A stretch of 39,553 nucleotides of DNA from Candidatus Woesearchaeota archaeon (GTDB lineage: Archaea; Nanobdellota; Nanobdellia; Woesearchaeales; UBA10200). The stretch is taken from assembly GCA_018302185.1 (NCBI GenBank), contig JAGVZX010000110.1:1-39553 (forward strand), in the 5' to 3' direction. Positions 25,559-33,272 of the stretch are shown here, in pieces (position 1 is the first letter of the stretch; each line of letters starts with the position of its first letter). Below the pieces are notes generated by a model. The model was given only the letters and a program-made list of their open reading frames with translations. It was not told the DNA's origin and did not search any database. A program made the position numbers and the translations under genes.

Positions 25559-28459
25559 CTATTTGTTCCCAAATCTAGTATCAACTACTCTAGTCAAGTC
25601 AATGCCTTCTCTTTTGCGCTCTTCAATGTATTTTTTTACATCTATCTTGTAGGCTGTCCTGACTCCACTTAATGGTCCAACTCCCATGTCAAACACTGCT
25701 TTCTCAATGCCCTCATCTAGCTCATCATGTGGAGAATTAACTCCGGTATATCTGATGCTGCTATCAAACCTAGGCTTTGCAGTCTGGATAGACCAGTATT
25801 GCTCTCCAGCTCCAAACTGCTCTTGGACCAGCTCATTGTCCCCTTCAATCTGCTCAAACACAAAATCACCATGTGTCATTGAGGTATTTGCCTTATTTGT
25901 TAGCAGCTTTTCTAACAATTCTGTCTTGAATTTTCTTGGGGCATTTCCTCTGCCTCCCTGGTATCTAACAAGTATATGCTCAGCTTTATCATATCCTTCA
26001 TCGCCATTATAAATTATTCTACCATCTTTGTGCTTAACAGGCATTCCATTCTCATCCCTTACTCTCAGGTCAATATCATCTATCATCAAATATTCTGCAT
26101 TTACTTGGTGAGCACTTTTCACTAATGTATCAAGTACATACCTAAATGTGCCTTTTTCACCAAGTGCAGCCATAAGCGCATGATTTGCCTCATAAGGGCT
26201 TATTGCAAGCACTGCATTTTTGCCTTCTGACCTGCCTAACTTTAATATTGAAAATCCCATCGGCGAATCTAATCCTTGTATAAAATGCTCAAGGTATAAC
26301 CCAGATGGATTGTATATGCTCTTAAAGGTTATTCCCTGTTTTTCTCCGCCTAAACTTGCGCAGCACATCATAAAGCTGCTGCTGTGAAAATCTTGGACAA
26401 CTGCACGATGCCAAGCCCTGGTATAAACGCTTCCTCCTACAAGCGCGCCATTAAATCTTAATTGGGTCTCTAAAAGCTCTAGTTTAGTGGCTAATTCAAC
26501 TATTGGTACATCTAACTTGCTCTTGTTTTGGGCCCATCTCAGATTTTCAACTATGGTGCAGTATGCTTTTAATTCTTCAACAAGATCAAAGGCTTTCTCT
26601 ATGCCTAATGTCTCAGCACTGTATCTGCTTATCCTCTCTTTTACTACCTTTCCAACATTAATCGGCTTTCCAATGTCCTTTGCAGCTCTAGCTACTCTAG
26701 CATCTTCATCAGTTACTAAATTTCCAATTCCGCCTGTTTCTTGAAAATGTTGAATTCTAGAGTTATGTATCTCAAGTTCAAGCTGCTTTCTGCCTTCATC
26801 AGATTCCAAGAGAGTCTCATCTATCGACATCAAGACCTTTCCAATAGCCTGGCCCCTATAAAGAGCATCTTTTGTCTCATCGCCTAAAATTGGCGCAGCT
26901 CCAGGAGCTTTAGGAGGCATGCTCACAGGCTTTAGCAAGTCAAATAATGCATTATATTTCTCTCCTCTAATGTCAGCAAGGATATCATTTAATGTTGTTA
27001 TCCAGGATACAGCATCACCATTGCTTCTTGTGTTAATGTCATATGTTGATTGGTTAGCTAGCAACAGTTGTGTATTAAATCCTAATCTGCTTATATTTGA
27101 CATAAGCTCTTGCGCTTTCTGAATATGCACAGGTGTCTTTTCTTGGCCAATACTTGGTGGTTCAAGGTAAGAGCGAAAAGTTCCATAGTCAAAAGCAATT
27201 CCTAAAATCCTGTTTAGCCCAGAAGAGTTTCTTTGTGCAACAGGAATCTCTTGCATCTCGCTAAGAGTCCGAAACATGCCTATAGGCGAATACCCTGCGC
27301 CAATAAGGATATTTAGGATTGCAGGATTCAATGGCTTAAGGCGTGCGCTTCCGCACTGGTCCGCTAGATAAGCCAGCTTATCATACAACAGCCAATGTAA
27401 TCCTTTCTTAGGGTTATCAATAATATTACCTAATATGATCTCAGACAATGGAACATTTTTTCTAAGCTCCTGCTTAACTAACAAAGCTCCAACATGCACC
27501 CAATCTAGTTGAGAATATATGTTGCGCTTAGAAGATGGCAGCTCCATAACTCTACAAACATAGTCAAAAAATACTCTTGTATTTGCAGGAGATGCCTGCA
27601 GCTCATACACTGCTTCTATGATATCTTTTAATTGGGCTTCTACTTTCTGGTCTCCTTTTAATTTCTTAGCTTGTCTTCTATCTTCTGCAGCTTGATCAAA
27701 CATGTTAAGAATAACTTCGGCTGGCACTTCTATCCCTGTAGCTTGTCTTAAACTCGTTTCATAAGTTGGAATTGCAGCAGCGTCAAAATGCCTAAACGGG
27801 TCTCTGACCATATTCCTATTTAATAATCCACGTGACTCTTTGGCAAATTCTTCATACTTAAATAAAGGTTCTAATTTTGCTAGAAGTAAGTATTGGTAAA
27901 AACTTTGATTTAAAATATCTCTAAGGTCTTTTATCTGCTTTACTTTCTGGAAGTCAACTGCTGTTCTTAAGATAGCCTCACCTCTAAGCTGGATTGCTGT
28001 TTCTTCATCTGCGCCAGAGCTTGTTATTGCTCTGTGGATTCCAGACAACTCATCAAATTCCCTACTTTGGTTTTGTCCAAAATACTTAGCAGCCTCTTCC
28101 CATTCACCATCTCGCACTTCTAAATCAGATATAGGGATTAAGCCTGCTTTAATGTAATCACCTACTATCTCTTTAAAAAAATCATAATGCTCATACTCCA
28201 TTTTATCAACATCTGTCTCTAAAAGCAAAGTTACTAGAGCTGGCTTATCTTCGCTAGCAACTACTCTTAAATCTAAATAAGTGCCTGAATCTAAAACAGT
28301 TTCTTGCGTATGGCCATCTTCATTACTAACAGTAATAACTGCACCGCTAGAAAATTGGCCTGATCTCTTCCCACCAAGAGAAAAGTCACGAAATACTTTT
28401 CTAAGAGTTTCCTCTAGATTAAACCCTTGCTCAGCTTTAAAATGTGCAAATAATACCAT
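25559..28459 (-). CDS. Orphan large protein (966 aa)
   Basis: An uninterrupted 2.9-kb ORF whose antisense ORFs are all short. A TATA-like box sits about 30 nt upstream of its ATG. No P-loop, TM segment or family motif recognised. Confidence 0.8.
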   Translation of the reverse strand: MVLFAHFKAEQGFNLEETLRKVFRDFSLGGKRSGQFSSGAVITVSNEDGHTQETVLDSGTYLDLRVVASEDKPALVTLLLETDVDKMEYEHYDFFKEIVGDYIKAGLIPISDLEVRDGEWEEAAKYFGQNQSREFDELSGIHRAITSSGADEETAIQLRGEAILRTAVDFQKVKQIKDLRDILNQSFYQYLLLAKLEPLFKYEEFAKESRGLLNRNMVRDPFRHFDAAAIPTYETSLRQATGIEVPAEVILNMFDQAAEDRRQAKKLKGDQKVEAQLKDIIEAVYELQASPANTRVFFDYVCRVMELPSSKRNIYSQLDWVHVGALLVKQELRKNVPLSEIILGNIIDNPKKGLHWLLYDKLAYLADQCGSARLKPLNPAILNILIGAGYSPIGMFRTLSEMQEIPVAQRNSSGLNRILGIAFDYGTFRSYLEPPSIGQEKTPVHIQKAQELMSNISRLGFNTQLLLANQSTYDINTRSNGDAVSWITTLNDILADIRGEKYNALFDLLKPVSMPPKAPGAAPILGDETKDALYRGQAIGKVLMSIDETLLESDEGRKQLELEIHNSRIQHFQETGGIGNLVTDEDARVARAAKDIGKPINVGKVVKERISRYSAETLGIEKAFDLVEELKAYCTIVENLRWAQNKSKLDVPIVELATKLELLETQLRFNGALVGGSVYTRAWHRAVVQDFHSSSFMMCCASLGGEKQGITFKSIYNPSGLYLEHFIQGLDSPMGFSILKLGRSEGKNAVLAISPYEANHALMAALGEKGTFRYVLDTLVKSAHQVNAEYLMIDDIDLRVRDENGMPVKHKDGRIIYNGDEGYDKAEHILVRYQGGRGNAPRKFKTELLEKLLTNKANTSMTHGDFVFEQIEGDNELVQEQFGAGEQYWSIQTAKPRFDSSIRYTGVNSPHDELDEGIEKAVFDMGVGPLSGVRTAYKIDVKKYIEERKREGIDLTRVVDTRFGNK

Positions 28460-28485
28460 TTTATCCTCAAAAAAAACCTCTGTCG

Positions 28486-28493
28486 TATTTAAA
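28486..28493 (-). promoter_or_regulatory. TATA-box-like element for the 966-aa gene
   Basis: tatttaaa on the plus strand (tttaaata on the coding strand) lies 27-34 nt upstream of the ATG at 28459. Confidence 0.4.
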
Positions 28494-28727
28494 TTTTCCT
28501 ATATTTTACTATCCTTAAGTAATAACTTATTTAACACCAATTTTTTCAGAAACTAAACACCTTATCTAGGAATATTTTATGAATAAGAGCTAATATTATT
28601 AGTGTTATTTATATCTAACTTCTTATTTTTATAAAAAAGACGTAAAAATATAATAAATAATATGGTTTTTTTATAAATAAATAGGTAAAAAATAGAATAT
28701 AAGAAAAGCAGAAAACTCAAGAAAAGG

Positions 28728-28822
28728 TGTATCATCAGCACAAAGATCCTCACCAAAGTGCTTAAAGACGGAGATTTGTCATGGTAAATGCAAATCATGG
28801 CATTGTGAAGATATTGAAGTAA
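28728..28822 (+). pseudogene. Relic 3' end of a PEP-utiliser swivel domain gene (closest to P2)
   Basis: It reads CIISTKILTKVLKDGDL, then has a 1-nt deletion, then MVNANHGIVKILK and a stop. The corresponding P2 sequence at 18949-19044 is CIIGTKNATKRLKDGDLVMVNANHGLVRILK and a stop. A core of about 38 nt is almost identical. No upstream coding sequence remains, only an AT-rich tract. Confidence 0.8.
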
Positions 28823-28844
28823 TAATATTATTCTCTGAGAATAA

Positions 28845-29174
28845 CTAATTATTTACAACTATCACTTTTTTCTTTGTGGCACTTACCATCGCTTGCCTAA
28901 TCAAAGTTGCTTCCAGCTCTAAAATTTTCTTAACAACAGGGCTTTCTGCATTTAATGTGTAAAGCCTTGTCTTGCCAAACCTTCTTGTTTCTCTTACTAA
29001 TCCGTTTTTTTCCAATTGCTCCCAATAATTAAATACAGATGCTCTGGAGATTTCAGCGCCTTTTTCTATATCGGTTTTTGTAAAATCTAATCCTTTATTC
29101 TCTACAAGAAAATCTATGATTTTAAATAAGGGCATTTCTCCGGTTAATTGCAATAATAATGATTTGTCTTTCAT
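28845..29174 (-). CDS. Winged-helix DNA-binding protein (paralog of 32550-32894)
   Basis: LFKIIDFLVENKGLDFTKTDIEKGAEISRASVFNYWEQLEKNGLVRETRRFGKTRLYTLN has an HTH-plus-wing pattern. I prefer the ATG at 29174. A TATA-like gatttatatac lies about 30 nt upstream. Confidence 0.7.
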   Translation of the reverse strand: MKDKSLLLQLTGEMPLFKIIDFLVENKGLDFTKTDIEKGAEISRASVFNYWEQLEKNGLVRETRRFGKTRLYTLNAESPVVKKILELEATLIRQAMVSATKKKVIVVNN

Positions 29175-29285
29175 ACATTGAGAAAATATAGAAAAGTATA
29201 TAAATCTTACGGTCAAAGTACATCTATATAGACTTTAGAAAATTTAACTTTTTGAGGATTGTTAAGAAGAGAGGATGTTTAGGCA

Positions 29286-29552
29286 ATGTGGACAGATGAT
29301 GAGATTAAAGGCAAAATATTGCATAAGTTAACTCGTTTTGGGAAATTTGATGCTAGCCATACTGCTATTGAGCATCTGCAAAAGGGATTTCCTAAAGATA
29401 TGGTCGGTAGAGTTAAAGATTTAATAAGAGAATTAAAGAAAGAAAATATACTATTTATCAAGCATACTAGTTATGGTGAGCAAGTTTCAATAAATCTAGA
29501 TGTAATAGATAAAGTTATGTTTTATATTGATGTTTTTTTAAAGAAGCCATAG
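29286..29552 (+). CDS. Small conserved hypothetical protein (88 aa; paralog of 32999-33268)
   Basis: It shares the pattern G..H(T).....HL.KG.P......V.....EL.K..IL..K.T.GEQ.S(L/I)N with the 33-kb copy. It is divergent from the wHTH gene. Confidence 0.6.
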   Translation: MWTDDEIKGKILHKLTRFGKFDASHTAIEHLQKGFPKDMVGRVKDLIRELKKENILFIKHTSYGEQVSINLDVIDKVMFYIDVFLKKP

Positions 29553-29617
29553 TTACATTATATTTTGATGAAGGTGAGACAATTACTTACGTCGAATATA
29601 TCCGCGAATACATCTCT

Positions 29618-31051
29618 GTGCATATTGGATGGATGATCTGCGATGGGATGAGAAAGTACGACAGAGAATTGATAGGTAGACCTTTCACAAGAACATTATA
29701 TTCTGCAGAGCCTAAAAATAACTTTTCCTTATGGTGCTGGTGGCAGGATGATCTTACTAAGATGGGAAAATATCTTGTTGATAATTCAAGAAATAATGAT
29801 TGGCTTTCTAGTCATGTTGCTCTACATAAGAAAGTTGCAGGAGAGGCACAGGCAATAGCTGCAAAAATAAAGCAGCTAAATCTTTTAGAGTTGTCTGACA
29901 ACCAGCTTTCTTTCCTGTATGCTGACTTGATGATAAAAGCAGAACGCTTCAACGCTCTTTCCATGGAGATAGATGCTTTGGACTTGGTGCTTGAAGAAGA
30001 ATTAAAGAAAGCCATCTCATCTACGTTTGCTGCAAAAAGAGAGCAGAATGAAGCATATACGATAATAACAACGCCATCTGAGCTTAGCGCTCCTAAAAAA
30101 GAAGAGCTTATGTTCTACAGGCTTGCACTTACTCTAAAAGAGACAAAAAAGTATGATGATAAATTAATCAACAGCATACTCTCAGATTTCTGGTGGACAG
30201 AGCTTAATTGGCGCGCAGGCGATGGAAAAACTTTGCAGACAATAAAAAAGGGAATTGATAATATCCTTAAAGAGGCAAAAGACATACCCAAACATATCAG
30301 AAAGCTGGAAAATTATTCTGATGAGATAGTTGGATTAAAAAAGAAATATCTCAAAAATCCAGAGCTTAATGTTCTGAATAATATCTTTGAAGAATATGCT
30401 CTTCTGCATGAGCTCAGAAAAGAGACACAGATGAAGGCAACTTTTAGCCTTTATCTTATTTTTGAGGAAATCTCAAAACGCTTTGGCATTTCAGTAAATG
30501 ATCTTGAAGTATATTCTCCAGATGAATTAATATTGCTATTGGAGAAAGAAAGAAAAATATCAGACGAAGAGATTGCAAATAGATTGCAATGCTCAACTCT
30601 GTTTATCAATGAGAATGGTTGTGTTGGTAATAAGAATGATCATGACAATAACAGCGTGTTGTTTAAGTCAGGTGAAGATGCAATCAAACTAAAAGCATCT
30701 GAGCAGAGCAAAGAAAGTGATGCAATAAGGGATTTCTCTGGATTGCCTGCTTCTTTGGGAAAAGCAGTCGGCAGAGTGAAGATTGCTTTAAGTGCAGCAG
30801 AAGCACTAAAGAAGATCGAGAAGGGCGATATTCTAGTAACTGGAATGACAATGCCTGACTTTGTTCCAGCGATGAAAAAAGCTGCAGCAATCATCACAAA
30901 CGAAGGTGGCGCTACTTGCCATGCTGCAATAATCTCTAGAGAGTTTAATATTCCATGTATTGTCGGCACTAAGATTGCAACTAAAATTCTGAAAGATGGG
31001 ATGATGGTGGAAGTGAATGCCAATCATGGAGTGGTTAAGATAATAAAATGA
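29618..31051 (+). CDS. PEP-utiliser swivel domain protein, family copy P3
   Basis: GLPASLGKAVGRVKI...GDILVTGMTMPDFVPAMKKAAAIITNEGGATCHAAIISREFNIPCIVGT...VNANHGVVKIIK. The start is GTG. The N-terminus is shorter than in P1, P2 and P4. Confidence 0.8.
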   Translation: MHIGWMICDGMRKYDRELIGRPFTRTLYSAEPKNNFSLWCWWQDDLTKMGKYLVDNSRNNDWLSSHVALHKKVAGEAQAIAAKIKQLNLLELSDNQLSFLYADLMIKAERFNALSMEIDALDLVLEEELKKAISSTFAAKREQNEAYTIITTPSELSAPKKEELMFYRLALTLKETKKYDDKLINSILSDFWWTELNWRAGDGKTLQTIKKGIDNILKEAKDIPKHIRKLENYSDEIVGLKKKYLKNPELNVLNNIFEEYALLHELRKETQMKATFSLYLIFEEISKRFGISVNDLEVYSPDELILLLEKERKISDEEIANRLQCSTLFINENGCVGNKNDHDNNSVLFKSGEDAIKLKASEQSKESDAIRDFSGLPASLGKAVGRVKIALSAAEALKKIEKGDILVTGMTMPDFVPAMKKAAAIITNEGGATCHAAIISREFNIPCIVGTKIATKILKDGMMVEVNANHGVVKIIK

Positions 31052-32535
31052 GCACAAACAACCTAAAAAAACTGATCCAGTCAAAAGAATGGTACTATCA
31101 AGGCGCAGAAGCCAGGCCTTTGTACATAAATATTCCGCTCAGGTCTTCAGTTGACAGCGAGGATCCTGGAAAAAAAGACAAGTATTCTCTGATAATCCTG
31201 CATTTCAGCAATGATTTCTGCGACATATATTATGATAAGTTTGGCATGAAGAGAATAACAGATGGCATCTTGTTGCAGCAGGAAAAAGATAACAAGACAA
31301 TTGATAATCTCTATGGTTCATGCATCAAGGTGATGGATAACTTTATCGGAAATGAAATGAAGTTCATGTCAGTAGATCCTAAAAAGCTGTCAGACAAAGC
31401 TCTCGTATCTAAATTAAATGAAGTATGCACTGCAGCAAAGCATGTTTGGGATCATGTGCTGTTCATTGATGCATTTGATATAATAAGCGATAAAATCATA
31501 AGTTCATCTTTTGACAGCTATAATAATAGCCATAATTTTGCAGGCAGCAAGATCACGAATAAGGAAATAGAGATACTCACTCTTCCTGATGAGCTTGCAT
31601 TCACGCAGCGAGAAAGATTATCTTTGCTTAAGATCGCAGCAGCTGCAAAAGAAGGCAAAAATATTGAAAAGGCTATTGCAGAACATCAGCAGCAGTTTTT
31701 CTGGTATAAGAGCAATTACTCTGTCATTGAGATTCTCGACGAGAGTTATTTCATGCAAAAGCTTGATGCAGTGTTAAAGAATGAATCTGCTGAGCAGATC
31801 AAAAAAGATATCATGTCGTTTGAATCATATGAGAAAAGAATAAAGCAGCAGAAAGAGGATATCTCTAAGAAACACAATCTAAACAGCAGCCTGAAAGAGA
31901 CCATCTATTTTTTTACCAGGCTGACTCTGCTCCGTGACCATAGGAAAGAATGGGTGCTAAAGTCGCATGTCCTGATCAAGCATCTTGCAGCTGAGATATC
32001 AAAGCGCGCAAAAATACCTCTCCATGAGCTTGAATACCTATCTTACTGGGAGATCGAGAGCATTGCTCAATTAAAGAAGATGAAAAATCTGAATGAAAGG
32101 ATTAAAGATTCTGCCTGGGTTGCAGATGAGAGTTATGGATATGCAGGGCATTTTGGGAAAGAAGCTGTGCAGATAAATGGCTTTCTGCAGAAAAGGATAG
32201 TCACAGAAATAAATGCCTTGCAGGGCGTAGCTGCGTCATCTGGCTATGCAAAAGGAAATGTTAAGATAATTAATCGGGTGCAGGAATTCTCAAAGATGCA
32301 GAAAGGCGATATATTAGTATCTTCAAACACAAGGCCAGAGTATGTGCCTATAATGAAATTAGCTGCAGCAATAATCACAGACGAAGGAGGCATCACTTGC
32401 CATGCTGCAATTGTCTCTAGAGAATTAAAGATACCTTGCATTGTAGGAACACAGGCAGCGACTAAAGTCCTGAAAGATGGCATGGTAGTTGAGGTAGATG
32501 CTGAGAAGGGCGTTGTAAAGATAGTTAAAGAATAA
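31048..32535 (+). CDS. PEP-utiliser swivel domain protein, family copy P4
   Basis: GVAASSGYAKGNVKI...GDILVSSNTRPEYVPIMKLAAAIITDEGGITCHAAIVSRELKIPCIVGT...VDAEKGVVKIVKE. It has an ATGA start/stop overlap with P3. Confidence 0.85.
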   Translation: MSTNNLKKLIQSKEWYYQGAEARPLYINIPLRSSVDSEDPGKKDKYSLIILHFSNDFCDIYYDKFGMKRITDGILLQQEKDNKTIDNLYGSCIKVMDNFIGNEMKFMSVDPKKLSDKALVSKLNEVCTAAKHVWDHVLFIDAFDIISDKIISSSFDSYNNSHNFAGSKITNKEIEILTLPDELAFTQRERLSLLKIAAAAKEGKNIEKAIAEHQQQFFWYKSNYSVIEILDESYFMQKLDAVLKNESAEQIKKDIMSFESYEKRIKQQKEDISKKHNLNSSLKETIYFFTRLTLLRDHRKEWVLKSHVLIKHLAAEISKRAKIPLHELEYLSYWEIESIAQLKKMKNLNERIKDSAWVADESYGYAGHFGKEAVQINGFLQKRIVTEINALQGVAASSGYAKGNVKIINRVQEFSKMQKGDILVSSNTRPEYVPIMKLAAAIITDEGGITCHAAIVSRELKIPCIVGTQAATKVLKDGMVVEVDAEKGVVKIVKE

Positions 32536-32549
32536 AATCATATTGAGGC

Positions 32550-32894
32550 TCATTGTACTAGAACTTTCTTTTTGAGCTTTTCTTCTTGAAAATCAACATT
32601 TATTATCCTATCAAACAGATCTACTAAAATCTTTACATAAGAATTATTAACATTAAGCTTATACAATTTAGCATTGCCTATATCTCTTGTATGCGTAATT
32701 ATTTGTGCCTTTCCCATCTCATTCCACATCCTGAACAATGTTACTCTGTTGATGCCTGCGCCTTCTGCAATATCACCTATTGAATGGTCTAATTCGCGCC
32801 CTTCCAATAAGTATTCTAAGACTCTTATCTTAGGTGTGTCTCCAAATAACGTTCTGAATAATGTTTTTTCATCATGGAAATTCATGTTTATCAC
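32550..32894 (-). CDS. Winged-helix DNA-binding protein (paralog of 28845-29174)
   Basis: PKIRVLEYLLEGRELDHSIGDIAEGAGINRVTLFRMWNEMGKAQIITHTRDIGNAKLYKLN has the same layout as the 29-kb copy. Confidence 0.7.
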   Translation of the reverse strand: MINMNFHDEKTLFRTLFGDTPKIRVLEYLLEGRELDHSIGDIAEGAGINRVTLFRMWNEMGKAQIITHTRDIGNAKLYKLNVNNSYVKILVDLFDRIINVDFQEEKLKKKVLVQ

Positions 32895-32998
32895 TTATGC
32901 TATAAAGTATAACTACTATTTAAATGTTTCTATTATGCAATACATATATTACATTTGTGCAACATATCTTTAAATATTTAATCCGTCTTCTTCACCAT

Positions 32999-33268
32999 AT
33001 GGCAATAGATATTAATGAATTAAGAGCAATCCAGAAGAAAATGATAAGGATGCTGAAAAACAAGAAAAAATATGGCGGCGCACATACAGAGAGCATTCAT
33101 CTAAAAAATTGTGTCCCTAGGCATTTAAGAGGTGAAAAGATAGTAGAAGAAGCAATTGATGACTTATTCAATAAAGGCATATTGATTAACAAAAAATCGA
33201 CAGGAGAACAACACTGCAGCTTAAACAGTGAAAAATTAAAAGAGATAAATGAAATAGAAAATAATTAA
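32999..33268 (+). CDS. Small conserved hypothetical protein (89 aa; paralog of 29286-29552)
   Basis: The ATG at 32999 gives MAIDINELRAIQKKMIRMLKNKKKYGGAHTESIHLKNCVPRHLRGEKIVEEAIDDLFNKGILINKKSTGEQHCSLN. The longer track ORF from 32924 begins in promoter-like AT-rich sequence. Confidence 0.6.
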   Translation: MAIDINELRAIQKKMIRMLKNKKKYGGAHTESIHLKNCVPRHLRGEKIVEEAIDDLFNKGILINKKSTGEQHCSLNSEKLKEINEIENN

Positions 33269-33272
33269 AATA

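Noticed and set aside
19045-28727. Integrated mobile element (provirus or integrative element) as the explanation for the bracketed island
   Set aside because: No integrase, transposase or viral hallmark gene is recognisable inside or beside the island. The direct-repeat bracket is reported as a recombination scar only.
28577-28798. 73-aa minus-strand ORF in the track
   Set aside because: It is a low-complexity Ile/Phe/Leu/Lys-rich translation of an AT-rich tract. Its 5' part is antisense to the recognisable plus-strand relic of a swivel-domain gene.
29553-29617. Possible C/D-box sRNA (TGATGA at 29566-29571) between the 88-aa gene and P3
   Set aside because: No CTGA D box lies at the expected distance, and I could not find a terminal stem or a D'/C' pair. 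It is most likely a chance match.
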